Shown: piece after piece, positions 54,880 to 64,000 of the stretch
Layout of the letters: the number at the start of each line of letters is the position of its first letter
Position numbering within the stretch: the first letter of the stretch is position 1
Origin: Spirochaetaceae bacterium
GTDB taxonomy: Bacteria > Spirochaetota > Spirochaetia > SZUA-6 > Bin103
NCBI GenBank assembly: GCA_028821475.1
Contig: JAPPGB010000086.1
Coordinates: forward strand, 54,896-118,895
Length of the DNA stretch: 64,000 nt
Direction of reading: 5' to 3'
Notes under the pieces: model-generated
The model's input: only the letters and a program-made list of their open reading frames with translations
Databases searched by the model: none
What the model was told of the DNA's origin: nothing
Program-made: the position numbers and the translations under genes

Positions 54880-55914
54880 ATGATACGTATCGAAAACCTT
54901 ACCAAGTACTATGGCGAGCGCCTCGCCGTGGACGACATCAGCTTCTCGGTCGCGCAGGGTGAGATCGTCGGCTTCCTGGGGCCCAATGGCGCCGGCAAGT
55001 CCACCACCATGCGCATCATCACCGGGTTCCTGATGCCCACCCGCGGCGACGCGTGGGTGGGCGAGCACAACATGGCCACCGAATCGCTGCAGGGACGGCG
55101 CCACATCGGCTACCTGCCGGAGGTGGTGCCGCTGTACACCGACATGACCACGCGCGCCTACCTGGAGTACGTGGCCCGGCTGCGCGGAGTGGAACGGCGC
55201 GCCGTGCGCGGCCGCGTCGACGACGTGGTCGAGCAGTGCGCGCTCGAGGAGTACTACAACGTCCACCTGGCGAAACTGTCCAAGGGGTTCCGCCAGCGCG
55301 TCGGGCTGGCGCAGTCGATCATCCATGACCCCGAGGTGCTCATTCTCGACGAGCCGACCATCGGCATCGACCCGATCCAGGTGTCGCAGACGCGCCAGTT
55401 GATCAGGGACTTGGGCGAGAACCGCACCATCCTCCTGTCCAGCCACATCCTGCCCGAGGTGAGCATGGTGTGCGAGCGCGTCATCATCATCCACCAGGGC
55501 CGGATCGTGGCCGAGGACAGCATCGACCGGCTGTCGGCCATGGTGAGCGGAGCGGAACGGTTACGGCTGCAGGTGGACGGTCCGGCCGATGCGGTGGCCG
55601 CGGTGCTCGAAGCGGTGCCCGGCGTCGCCGGCGTGACCTGGAGCGACCCGGACCACCTGGTGGAGTTCGCCGCCGGCGAGCAGCCGCACGGCGAGATTAC
55701 CGCCGCCATCGTGGCGAGTGGCTGGACGTTGACCGGCATGGAGACGGTGACCATGAGCCTGGAAGAGATCTTCCTGCAACTCACCACCGAGGCCGGCGAC
55801 GAGACCGACGACGAGGACGACGATGACGGCGTGGACGATCCGGCCGAGGAAGGGGATGAGATCCCCGACGACGAAGCGGACGACGACGACGACGACGACG
55901 GGGCCGAGCGATGA
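54880..55914 (+). CDS. ABC transporter ATP-binding protein (ABC-2 / GldA-like) with an extreme acidic C-terminal tail
   Basis: Walker A (GPNGAGKST), signature (LSKGFRQR) and Walker B (ILDEPT). The last roughly 45 aa are D/E-rich and include a (GAC)n microsatellite. Confidence 0.85.
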   Translation: MIRIENLTKYYGERLAVDDISFSVAQGEIVGFLGPNGAGKSTTMRIITGFLMPTRGDAWVGEHNMATESLQGRRHIGYLPEVVPLYTDMTTRAYLEYVARLRGVERRAVRGRVDDVVEQCALEEYYNVHLAKLSKGFRQRVGLAQSIIHDPEVLILDEPTIGIDPIQVSQTRQLIRDLGENRTILLSSHILPEVSMVCERVIIIHQGRIVAEDSIDRLSAMVSGAERLRLQVDGPADAVAAVLEAVPGVAGVTWSDPDHLVEFAAGEQPHGEITAAIVASGWTLTGMETVTMSLEEIFLQLTTEAGDETDDEDDDDGVDDPAEEGDEIPDDEADDDDDDDGAER

Positions 55915-56627
55915 AGAACATCCTGATCGTAGCGCGCAAGGAACTGGGTACCTATCTGGGCTCGCCGATGGCGTACATCGTTACGGCGGTGTTCCTGGCG
56001 CTGACCGGAACCTTCTTCACCACCTACCTGGCCGGCGTCGGCTACGGGGACACCAGCATCCGCGGCTTCGTGAACGCCGCCCGCTTCCTGGTGCTGCTGT
56101 TCGCGGCCGTGCTCACCATGCGGCTGGTGTCGGAGGAAAAGAAGGTCGGCACCTGGGAGCTGCTGCTCACCGTTCCGGTGCGCGATGTCGAGATCGTGGT
56201 CGGCAAGTTCCTGGGAGCGCTGGCCATGCTCACCGGCATGCTGGTGCTCACCCTGTACTACCCGATCATGCTGATGTCGTTCGGCGACCCGGACATCGGG
56301 CCGATGGCGACCAGCTACCTGGGCCTGTTCCTGCTCGGCGGCGCCTGCCTCGCCGCGGGGGTGTTCGCCTCGTCGGTCACCGCCAACCAGATCGTGTCGG
56401 CGGTGGTGGCCGGCGGCATCCTGTTCGGGCTGTGGTTCCTTGGCGTCCTGGGGGGCGTCGCGCCGGGTGCGATCGGTGACGTGCTGGCCCTGTTCTCGCT
56501 GTCCACTTACTTCTCCGACTTCGAGCGCGGTATCGTGGACACCCGCGGCGTGGTGTACTACGTGACCTTCGCCCTGCTGTTCCTGTACCTGTCGGTGCGT
56601 TCCATCGAAGTGGGGAGGTGGCGCTGA
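55911..56627 (+). CDS. ABC-2 type transporter permease (GldF-like)
   Basis: Six TM helices. Its start/stop overlaps the flanking genes on both sides. Confidence 0.7.
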   Translation: MKNILIVARKELGTYLGSPMAYIVTAVFLALTGTFFTTYLAGVGYGDTSIRGFVNAARFLVLLFAAVLTMRLVSEEKKVGTWELLLTVPVRDVEIVVGKFLGALAMLTGMLVLTLYYPIMLMSFGDPDIGPMATSYLGLFLLGGACLAAGVFASSVTANQIVSAVVAGGILFGLWFLGVLGGVAPGAIGDVLALFSLSTYFSDFERGIVDTRGVVYYVTFALLFLYLSVRSIEVGRWR

Positions 56628-58156
56628 TGTCCACTTCGGTTTTGGCCATCGTCGGCTTGGCTACCCTGTTCGTGGCGTGGGTTCTCGGCTTCGTGATGCC
56701 GTCGATCCGCGTCGTCACCTACATCGTCGTGGGCCTCGGCGCCGCGCTGGTGGCGGCCGCGGTGGTGCTCGACTTCCGCCGCGTGAGCGGCGCATTTGCC
56801 AGCCGCCGCGGGCTGTTCGGCGTCGGCGCCGGCGCCGGCATGGCGCTGGTGCTGGGCATCGTGCTGATGGCCAACGCAATCAGCGTGCGCGTGAACTACC
56901 GCTTCGACTTTACCGGCCTGTCCCAGTTCACCCTCACCACCCAGACCAAGGAGGTGCTCGAAGAGCTGGAGGAGCCGGTCGAGGTGGTGTCGTTCTTCAA
57001 CCCCGCCGACCCGCGCCTGATCGGGCTGCGCGACTTCGGCCACAACCTGCTGACCGAGTACCAGACCTACACCGACCTGTTGACGCTGCGCGTCGAGGAC
57101 CCGGAACTGCGCCCCGACCTGGCGCGCCAGTACCGCATCGGCCCGGCGGCCGCCAGCCTCGGCACCATGGTGTTCGTGGGCAGCGCCGGCCAGCGCCAGG
57201 TGTTCGGCCCGCAGATCGGCTTCGAGGCCGAGCACGCCTTCACCAGCGCGCTCCTGGAGGTGACCGGTACCAGGCAGCGCATCGTCTACTTCCTCACCGG
57301 CCATGGCGAGGCCACCATCTCCGGCGACTACGACAGTGCGCGCAGCGGCCTGCGCGACAACCTGTTCCAGGTGGCGCAGCTCGACCTGCTGCGCTTCGGC
57401 AGCATACCGGAAAACGCCGCCGCCCTGGTGGTGGCCGGCCCGAGCCAGCCGATTTCGGCCAAGGAGCTGGAGATCCTGGACGAGTACCTGCAGCAGGGCG
57501 GGCGCATGCTGCTGCTGCTGAATCCCGACCCGCAGGAGGAGCTGCGCGAGTTGCTGCGCACGTGGTGGCTGGAGGTGCGCGACGGCACGCTGGTCGATCC
57601 CGCCTCGCACGTGGTGCCCAACGTGGACAACCCGCTGGTGGCGCGCAACCGCAACAACCTGCAGCTCGCCGACCTCTACTTCCCGGGCGTGACCGCGGTT
57701 CTGCCGCTGCCCGACCAGCCGGAAGAGATCCAGATCGTGCCCCTGGCGTGGACCACGCCGGACGGGTGGCAGGAGATGCAGCCGCTCAGCGACGCGGAGC
57801 CGCAGTTCGATCCCGACGAGGATCTGCAGGGGCCGCTGGCGATGGGCGTGCTGCTGGTACGCCAGCCGCCCGGCGAGGACGACCCGAACCTGACCACCCG
57901 CCTGGTCGTGATCGGCGACTCCGACTTCGCAGCCAACCAGCACTTCCGCAACGCCGGCAACAGCGACCTGTTCCTGACCCTGGTGAACCAGCTCGCCTTC
58001 GGCGAGGAGATCATCTCGGTGGACCGCAAGGTGCTGCCGGTGCGCCGGCTGGTGCTGAGCCCCGAGGAAGCGCGCTTCTTCAACCTGTCCAGCGCCGGCC
58101 TGCTGCCGCTGCTGGTGCTGATCGTCGGCGCGCTGGTGTGGTGGCGGCGGCGGTAG
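56627..58156 (+). CDS. GldG-like ABC transporter auxiliary component (ABC_transp_aux)
   Basis: It has N- and C-terminal TM anchors and a long periplasmic region. ATG at 56627 has a GGGAGG RBS and overlaps the upstream stop codon. Confidence 0.65.
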   Translation: MSTSVLAIVGLATLFVAWVLGFVMPSIRVVTYIVVGLGAALVAAAVVLDFRRVSGAFASRRGLFGVGAGAGMALVLGIVLMANAISVRVNYRFDFTGLSQFTLTTQTKEVLEELEEPVEVVSFFNPADPRLIGLRDFGHNLLTEYQTYTDLLTLRVEDPELRPDLARQYRIGPAAASLGTMVFVGSAGQRQVFGPQIGFEAEHAFTSALLEVTGTRQRIVYFLTGHGEATISGDYDSARSGLRDNLFQVAQLDLLRFGSIPENAAALVVAGPSQPISAKELEILDEYLQQGGRMLLLLNPDPQEELRELLRTWWLEVRDGTLVDPASHVVPNVDNPLVARNRNNLQLADLYFPGVTAVLPLPDQPEEIQIVPLAWTTPDGWQEMQPLSDAEPQFDPDEDLQGPLAMGVLLVRQPPGEDDPNLTTRLVVIGDSDFAANQHFRNAGNSDLFLTLVNQLAFGEEIISVDRKVLPVRRLVLSPEEARFFNLSSAGLLPLLVLIVGALVWWRRR

Positions 58157-58165
58157 GCGACAGGT

Positions 58166-58741
58166 ATGCAGCGGCTGTTGAAACTGCGCTCCCTGGTCCT
58201 GCTGGTCGTGGTGGCCGGCGGCCTGGGGGTCGGCCTGTACTACGCCACCCGGCCACAGCCGCAGCCGCGCGCCGAGCCGCGGCCTTTCGTGTGGGGATTC
58301 GACATGATGGACCTGGTCCACCTGGAGATCGAGTTGCCGCGCGCCGGCATGAAGGAGCGCTGGAAACGCGGCGAGGACCGGCAGTGGTATTTCGACGACG
58401 AACAGGGGCAGCCGGTGAACCGCGAACGCTGGGGCGGCGGCGTGGCGCTGTTGGTCAGCGGTCCCGGGGCCAACCGGCTCATCGCCGAGGAGGCCACGGA
58501 TGAGCAAATGGAGCTGTTCGGCCTTGCCGAGCCGCAGATGACGCTCGGCCTCACCCTGATCGACGGCCGGCTCGTCGAGGTGATCGTGGGCGACGCCACG
58601 CCCGACGGGCGCAGCTACTACATCAAGGAGATTACCGACGTGGACGTCTATACCGTCGACTACACTTGGTACGGTGTGCTGGCGCGGCTGGTGACCGATC
58701 CACCATACGCTCCGCCCGATCAGAAACCGGTCGAGTCGTAG
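58166..58741 (+). CDS. DUF4340-like protein (GldG-associated)
   Basis: An N-terminal TM segment. Position and size are typical of the DUF4340 partner of GldG. Confidence 0.45.
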   Translation: MQRLLKLRSLVLLVVVAGGLGVGLYYATRPQPQPRAEPRPFVWGFDMMDLVHLEIELPRAGMKERWKRGEDRQWYFDDEQGQPVNRERWGGGVALLVSGPGANRLIAEEATDEQMELFGLAEPQMTLGLTLIDGRLVEVIVGDATPDGRSYYIKEITDVDVYTVDYTWYGVLARLVTDPPYAPPDQKPVES

Positions 58742-58863
58742 CGTGGTATGCTGGCGAATCGGCGAGTCGGACGCGAGGTTGACTTAGTGCGCAGACTCTG
58801 CTCTTATAGTGCGGTGCGCCACCAATGTGGCGAAGAGGTACAGCTTTGAGTGCATCGGAAACC

Positions 58864-59874
58864 ATGGACAGTCACGCCGAACGCGAGACCGTTCTAGAGG
58901 TAAACGGGCTCCAGACCTACTTCTACACCGACGAGGGCGTCGTCAAGGCGGTTGACGGCCTCTCCTACCGGGTGCGGAAGGGCGAATTTGTCGGTCTGGT
59001 GGGAGAAAGCGGCTGCGGCAAGAGTGTCAGCGCCATGTCGGTGCTGCGCCTGATCCCGCATCCGCCCGGCCTGATCGTCGGCGGTGAGATCCTGTTCCAG
59101 GGCGAAGACCTGCTGAAGGTAGACGAGGCGCGGATGCGAGACATTCGCGGCAACCGCATAGCCATGGTGTTTCAGGAACCCACCACGTCGCTCAACCCGG
59201 TGCTGACCGTCGGGCGGCAGATCTCGGAGTCGATCGAGTTGCACCGCAACGCCGACAAGGCCACCGCGCTCGCCGAGAGCGTCAAGCTCCTCGAGCTGGT
59301 CGGCATCCCCGACCCGGAGCGGCGCATCAAGGACTACCCGTTCCAGTTCTCGGGCGGCATGCAGCAACGCGTGATGATCGCCATGGCGCTGAGTTGCAGC
59401 CCGGAACTGCTGATCGCGGACGAGCCCACCACGTCGCTGGACGTGACGGTGCAGGCGCAGCTCCTGGAGATCATCGCCGACCTGCGCGAGCAACTCGACA
59501 TGGCCGGCATCATCATCACCCACAACCTGGGGCTGGTGGCGCGCTACGTCGACCGTGTGAACGTGATGTACGCCGGCAAGATGGTTGAGTCGAGCACCAC
59601 CGACATCATTTTCGCCGAACCCAAGCATCCCTACACCATCGGCCTGATGGCGTCGGTACCGCGGCTCGACAGCCCGCGCAAGGTGGCGCCGCGCGCCATC
59701 GAGGGGTTGCCGCCCAACCTGGCGCACCTGCCGGAAGGCTGCTCCTTCTCGCCGCGCTGCTCCTATGCCATGGACCAGTGCCACCAGGAGGCGCCGCAGT
59801 TGGAGGCGGTAACCGAAGGCCATTTGCGGAGTTGTTTCTATGATCCAAGCAAGCTGGAGAAGGTAACGGTATGA
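58864..59874 (+). CDS. Oligopeptide/dipeptide ABC transporter ATP-binding protein (OppD/DppD-like)
   Basis: Walker A (GESGCGKS), signature (FSGGMQQR), Walker B and an oligopeptide C-terminal domain. Confidence 0.85.
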   Translation: MDSHAERETVLEVNGLQTYFYTDEGVVKAVDGLSYRVRKGEFVGLVGESGCGKSVSAMSVLRLIPHPPGLIVGGEILFQGEDLLKVDEARMRDIRGNRIAMVFQEPTTSLNPVLTVGRQISESIELHRNADKATALAESVKLLELVGIPDPERRIKDYPFQFSGGMQQRVMIAMALSCSPELLIADEPTTSLDVTVQAQLLEIIADLREQLDMAGIIITHNLGLVARYVDRVNVMYAGKMVESSTTDIIFAEPKHPYTIGLMASVPRLDSPRKVAPRAIEGLPPNLAHLPEGCSFSPRCSYAMDQCHQEAPQLEAVTEGHLRSCFYDPSKLEKVTV

Positions 59875-60869
59875 GTAACGGCAGCAACGGCACCGAACAC
59901 CTGTTGGAAGTACACGACCTGGTCAAGTATTACCCGGTTACCGCCGGGGTGCTGCGCCGCAAGGTGGGCGACGTCAAGGCGGTGGACGGGATCAGCTTTT
60001 CCATCGAACCGGGCGAGACCCTGGGGCTGGTGGGCGAGAGCGGCTGCGGCAAGACCACCACCGGCCGCTGCATTCTGCAGCTGCAGGAGATCACCGCCGG
60101 CGAGGTGGTGTTTCAGGGCCAGGACCTGACGCAGATGAAGGGTGAGTCGCTGCGCCGCATGCGGCGCCACATGCAGCTCATCTTCCAGGATCCGTTCGCC
60201 TCCCTCGATCCGCGCATGACCGCCGGCGACATCGTCGGCGAACCGCTGAAGGTGCACGACATCGCGCGCGGCAAGAAGTACCGGCAGCAGGTCTCCGAAC
60301 TGCTCAGCATGGTGGAGCTGTCGCCTACCGTTTCCGGCCGCTACCCGCACGAGTTCAGCGGCGGCCAGCGGCAGCGCCTGGGGATCGCCCGCGCGCTGGC
60401 GGTGCGGCCGGCGTTCATCGTGTGCGACGAGCCGGTGTCGGCGCTCGACGTGTCGATTCAGGCGCAGATCATCACCCTGCTGATGCGGCTGCGGGAGGAG
60501 TTCAACCTCACCTACCTGTTCATCGCCCACGACCTGGCGGTGGTGCGCAACATCAGCGACCGGGTGGCGGTGATGTACCTCGGCAAGATCATGGAGATCA
60601 CCAGCAGCGACCGGCTGTACGACGAGCCGCAGCACCCCTACACCATCTCGCTGCTGTCAGCGGTGCCGATTCCCGACCCGGTGATCGACCGCACTCGCGA
60701 GCGGATCATCCTGAAGGGGGACGTTCCGAGCCCGATGAACCCGCCGAGCGGCTGCCCGTTCCATACCCGCTGTCCGCACGCCGAAGAGATCTGCAAGAGC
60801 CAGGTGCCCGAGTTGAAGTCGACCGGTCCCAACCACTGGACCGCCTGCCATCTCGTCGAGGCATCCTGA
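59871..60869 (+). CDS. Oligopeptide/dipeptide ABC transporter ATP-binding protein (OppF/DppF-like)
   Basis: Walker A (GESGCGKTT), signature (FSGGQRQR) and the C-terminal oligopeptide domain ([11 protein letters not shown]). Confidence 0.85.
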   Translation: MSNGSNGTEHLLEVHDLVKYYPVTAGVLRRKVGDVKAVDGISFSIEPGETLGLVGESGCGKTTTGRCILQLQEITAGEVVFQGQDLTQMKGESLRRMRRHMQLIFQDPFASLDPRMTAGDIVGEPLKVHDIARGKKYRQQVSELLSMVELSPTVSGRYPHEFSGGQRQRLGIARALAVRPAFIVCDEPVSALDVSIQAQIITLLMRLREEFNLTYLFIAHDLAVVRNISDRVAVMYLGKIMEITSSDRLYDEPQHPYTISLLSAVPIPDPVIDRTRERIILKGDVPSPMNPPSGCPFHTRCPHAEEICKSQVPELKSTGPNHWTACHLVEAS

Positions 60870-60889
60870 GCGCATCAGACCGGACAACC

Positions 60890-61978
60890 GTGAAGGACAG
60901 CAGGAAGGGCTCCGCGAAGACCCCTACGCGAAGCGTATCGCGGAGCGTAGCGCGAAGCGGATCGAAGAGCGGGGCACGGCGCGCGGGACCGCGCGGCAAA
61001 CAGAACCGAGCGCAGCCCGCGACTCTGACATTGGGTCTGACACAGGTAGTGGTACTGGTCGTGGTGGTGGCAGCTATCGTGGGCGGCGTGGCCGGCGTTG
61101 CCATCTATCGCGACCGGGTGAAGCCGCTGCAGACCAAGGTGCTGATCGTCGACGACGAGTCGGTCGAAATGCGCTACTTCCTGAGGCGGGTGCGCATGGT
61201 AGGACGCGAACCGCTGGAAGTGCTGCAGCTCCTGACGCGGGAACTGATCATCACGCAGACGGCGGTAAAGCCCCCCTACAGCATCGAAGTTACCGACCAG
61301 GACGTCGAGAACTACATGCGCGAGACCGCGGCCCGCGGCGCCGCCGACACGATCACCGACGAAGAGGTGAAGGAGTGGTATCGGCAGGCGCTCAACGACT
61401 CGGAGCTGAACGACGCCGAGTTCCGCGAACTGATGCGCCGCAACCTGATCTCCCTGCGCCTGACGGATTATCTCGGCGAACGGATGCCGACGGTGGTGGA
61501 GCAGGTGCGCCTGTACATGATCGTGTTCGCCTCCCCGGAGGCGTCCACCGAGGTTCTGGAGCAACTTGAAGCCGGCGCCGACTTCTACGAGTTGGCGCGC
61601 AGCGACGCGAACGCCGACGAAAAGCTGCGCGCCAGGGGCGGCGACCTGGGCTGGCTGCCCCGCGACGCTATGCGGCCGGAACTCGCCGTCGTGTTCGACC
61701 TGCCGGTCGGCCAGCCGAGCCGCCTGCTCGCGCTCGGCGCCAACGCCTATGCCGTGGCGATGGTCGGCGAACGCGCCGCGGCGCGCGAGATGGAGCCGGA
61801 GGCGCGCGAGGCTGCCAAGTCCACCGCCCTCACCAACTGGTTCAACGAGGAGTACCAGTACCACAAGGTGGAGTTCCACGGCTTCAGCAACGGCTACGAC
61901 AGCGAAACCGACCTGTGGGTAAAGTGGCAACTGCAACGCATGGCGCGTCACGACGATAACCCCGAGGACGCGCGCTGA
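60890..61978 (+). CDS. Membrane-anchored SurA/PrsA-like peptidyl-prolyl isomerase (parvulin type)
   Basis: It has a basic low-complexity N-terminus, one TM helix, then SurA-N-like and PpiC-like regions. GTG start; the start is uncertain. Confidence 0.55.
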   Translation: MKDSRKGSAKTPTRSVSRSVARSGSKSGARRAGPRGKQNRAQPATLTLGLTQVVVLVVVVAAIVGGVAGVAIYRDRVKPLQTKVLIVDDESVEMRYFLRRVRMVGREPLEVLQLLTRELIITQTAVKPPYSIEVTDQDVENYMRETAARGAADTITDEEVKEWYRQALNDSELNDAEFRELMRRNLISLRLTDYLGERMPTVVEQVRLYMIVFASPEASTEVLEQLEAGADFYELARSDANADEKLRARGGDLGWLPRDAMRPELAVVFDLPVGQPSRLLALGANAYAVAMVGERAAAREMEPEAREAAKSTALTNWFNEEYQYHKVEFHGFSNGYDSETDLWVKWQLQRMARHDDNPEDAR

Positions 61979-62046
61979 GAGGGCTCGATCGGGCCAGGCG
62001 ACTGGCGGCGGCAGGCTGCCTGCTGTTCGCCGCGTCACCGTTCGCG

Positions 62047-62673
62047 ATGGCGGGCGCCATTCACGGCAGCGCCATCACGCTGGAGGGGCGCCAGGTCGGA
62101 ACCATCGAGAGCATCGACATGTGGAGCGACCCCGGCAACGCGGCGCGCGTGAACGTGGCGGTAAAGGCTGTCTTCTCCGACTTGGCCGCGGACCTGGACC
62201 GCTATCTCGCCGGCAAGGGCTACTTCCAGAGCCGCTGCTCGCGGCGCATCTACTGGGTGGGCGACACGGCCGTGCTCGATGCCGGCGTCGCGCTGCGGCT
62301 CGCGTCCCGCGTTCGCTACGAACACTGGGCGTGCTCCTCCCTCGGCGACGCACGGCTCCTGCAGGAAACGCGAGAGGTACACTGGAGCGTCACCGTCCCG
62401 CGCGCGCCGGTCGACCGGATCGTGGTGGCCGCAGCGCTCGACGACATCGTCGACTTTCCCGATGCCGTGGAGCGGACGTTCGGGCTGCGGGTGCGCGAAG
62501 AGATTCCGATTCCGCTGCCCGAGAAGTGCGGGGCTTGCAACTGCGCCGACGTGATCGAATTGCTGAGGCCGGTGTTCGAGGCGATCGCCTTTGCCAACCG
62601 CAATGGAAGCGTGCAAGTCACCGCCACCCTCTCCACCGCGGACCCGTGGCAGGCCATGGCCTGCGTACCGTGA
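62047..62673 (+). CDS. Hypothetical protein, probably secreted (signal peptide encoded upstream of the annotated ATG)
   Basis: The in-frame upstream codons read LRGLDRARRLAAAGCLLFAASPFAMA, suggesting a non-ATG start near 61975. I recognise no family. Confidence 0.4.
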   Translation: MAGAIHGSAITLEGRQVGTIESIDMWSDPGNAARVNVAVKAVFSDLAADLDRYLAGKGYFQSRCSRRIYWVGDTAVLDAGVALRLASRVRYEHWACSSLGDARLLQETREVHWSVTVPRAPVDRIVVAAALDDIVDFPDAVERTFGLRVREEIPIPLPEKCGACNCADVIELLRPVFEAIAFANRNGSVQVTATLSTADPWQAMACVP

Positions 62674-62698
62674 GTAACTGAGCCCCCAAAAAGAAGAA

Positions 62699-62758
62699 GG
62701 CCGGGCCTCTCAGGTGAGAGAAACCCGGCCTCCACAATTCGCGGATCGGCTGATCCGC
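62699..62758. terminator. Two hairpins between convergent genes (imperfect GGCCGGGCCTCTCA/TGAGAGAAACCCGGCC, then perfect GCGGATC-GGCT-GATCCGC)
   Basis: The inverted repeats are seen directly. They sit in the only intergenic gap between convergent ORFs here. Confidence 0.4.
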
Positions 62759-62780
62759 GAAAGCGTCGGATGGATGCGGC

Positions 62781-64000
62781 TTAGTAGCCCATCTCCTGCT
62801 TGATGCTCGGATCGATCCAGGCCCAGCCCCACGGCATCACGTAGGTGTCGTCGTTGATCCAGCGGAATTCACCGTAGTAGTTCTTGACCCACGGCCACCA
62901 CGCCTGCGAGATCGCCTTCACGGCGAGCGGAATGGCGGTCACCTCGTTGAGGATGTAGACCGCGGCTTCCTTGATGATCGCGTCGCGCTTGTCCTCGTCC
63001 ATCTCCGCCTGCATGGCGCGGGCGTACTCGTCGAACTTCGGATCGTTGAAGTGGTACTGGTTGCGGCTGCCCCACGACGCCCAGTTGTTGGGCATGTCGC
63101 GGACCGGGTTGCCGGAACCGTAGCCCATGCGAGTCATGTCGTAGCCGCCGTCCTTGATGATCTGGTTGTGGATGGCGCCGTCGTTGACGATGATGTTGAA
63201 CTCGACCCCCATCTTGGCCCACTGATCCTTCATGATCGCGGCCTGCTGCAGGATGGTCGCCCAGTTGCCGGTGTAGAAGTCGACCGTGAACCCGTCCGGG
63301 TAGCCGGCGTCGGCGAGCATCTGCTTCGCCTTCTCCGGGTCGTACTCGTACAGCATCGCGGTCTCCGGCGGCAGCTCACTCTGCGGGGTGTAGGAGGCCA
63401 GGCTCGGGTAGATCGGCCACCAGTGTTCCGGCAGGTCGACGCCCTTGGCGCCGCGCTGCGCCGCGAAGTCGTCCAGGTTGGTGCCCACCAGCAGGGCGCG
63501 GCGCACGTCGCGGTTGTCGAACGGGGGCTGCGAGGTATTGAACGCGAACGTGCCGCCGAACGAGATCGGCAGGCGGTCCTGAATCAGGTCGGGAGCGGTC
63601 CGGTCCAGCGTGTCCCAGTGGGTGCCGTATACCGAGGGGCCGCCGTCGGCAATGCCGGTGCGCAGCGCCGCCTCCTCGAACGACTCGTCGTTGGCCAGCG
63701 GGATGATGAACTCATCCAGGAACGGGAGCTGGTACTCCTCGCCGTCGACCATGGTGGTGCCCCGGTAGTTGGGGTTCTTGACCATGCGGAAGAACTGGTC
63801 GGGCACGTACTCGGCGAACATGAACGGGCCGGTACCGACCTGATCCTCCCAGCGGGCAATGCGGCCGTCTTCGAGCATCTCCGGTGGTCCGACGAATCCG
63901 GCGCGGCTCAGGCCGAGCGTCGCGTTCAGGATGAAGTCGAACGCCGCGAACTCGATGATCACGCGGTCGCCTTCGGCGTAGATGTTGGCGTCCTTGTTGG
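62781..64000 (-). CDS. ABC transporter substrate-binding protein, family 5 (C-terminal part; the gene continues beyond the window end)
   Basis: The SBP_bac_5-like C-terminal region is read from the ORF translation. The ORF is open at position 64000. Confidence 0.75.
   Translation of the reverse strand, partial: NKDANIYAEGDRVIIEFAAFDFILNATLGLSRAGFVGPPEMLEDGRIARWEDQVGTGPFMFAEYVPDQFFRMVKNPNYRGTTMVDGEEYQLPFLDEFIIPLANDESFEEAALRTGIADGGPSVYGTHWDTLDRTAPDLIQDRLPISFGGTFAFNTSQPPFDNRDVRRALLVGTNLDDFAAQRGAKGVDLPEHWWPIYPSLASYTPQSELPPETAMLYEYDPEKAKQMLADAGYPDGFTVDFYTGNWATILQQAAIMKDQWAKMGVEFNIIVNDGAIHNQIIKDGGYDMTRMGYGSGNPVRDMPNNWASWGSRNQYHFNDPKFDEYARAMQAEMDEDKRDAIIKEAAVYILNEVTAIPLAVKAISQAWWPWVKNYYGEFRWINDDTYVMPWGWAWIDPSIKQEMGY

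Noticed and set aside
62674-62780. Small ORF in the intergenic gap
   Set aside because: The gap is occupied by two hairpins between convergent genes and is better explained as a bidirectional terminator.

Overview
This 64 kb window comes from a high-GC (about 70%) bacterial chromosome whose lineage I cannot assign; the gene content reads Actinobacteria- or Chloroflexi-like. Most of it is ordinary, densely packed metabolic and transport genes. These include peptide ABC transporter parts, two sulfatases with a rhodanese, a PhyH dioxygenase and a DUF2961/GH172 protein, several Gfo/Idh/MocA oxidoreductases, fabF, trpD, an ECF sigma / zinc anti-sigma pair, a gldA/F/G-like ABC-2 cluster, MoxR and DUF58/DUF4129 genes, and a REP13E12-type DUF222-HNH endonuclease gene.

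The most striking feature is an AT-rich island of about 2.2 kb (12913-15100), roughly 45% GC against the 70% background. Next to it lies an 82-bp relic copy of an internal segment of the neighbouring DUF2961 gene. The island carries its own sigma70-like promoter and four translationally coupled ORFs with no recognisable annotation. ORF1 has a papain-like (NlpC/P60 or CHAP-type) Cys...His arrangement. ORF4 ends with an Rx4HH motif reminiscent of HEPN RNases. I consider this the best candidate for an undescribed defence, abortive-infection or toxin-immunity module.

Other accessory-looking items:
- a vapBC cassette flanked by 52-bp direct repeats that duplicate the 3' end of a HAD hydrolase gene;
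- a second low-GC islet carrying a retropepsin-like protease with an overlapping small partner gene;
- an orphan beta-class DNA methyltransferase;
- a RES/Xre toxin-antitoxin pair beside a minimal ABC-like ATPase;
- an array of four 21-bp hairpin units with compensatory stem substitutions;
- a near-perfect 243-bp tandem duplication inside the HNH gene.

Many long ORFs in the supplied track are antisense or out-of-frame artefacts of the high GC content and are not reported as genes.
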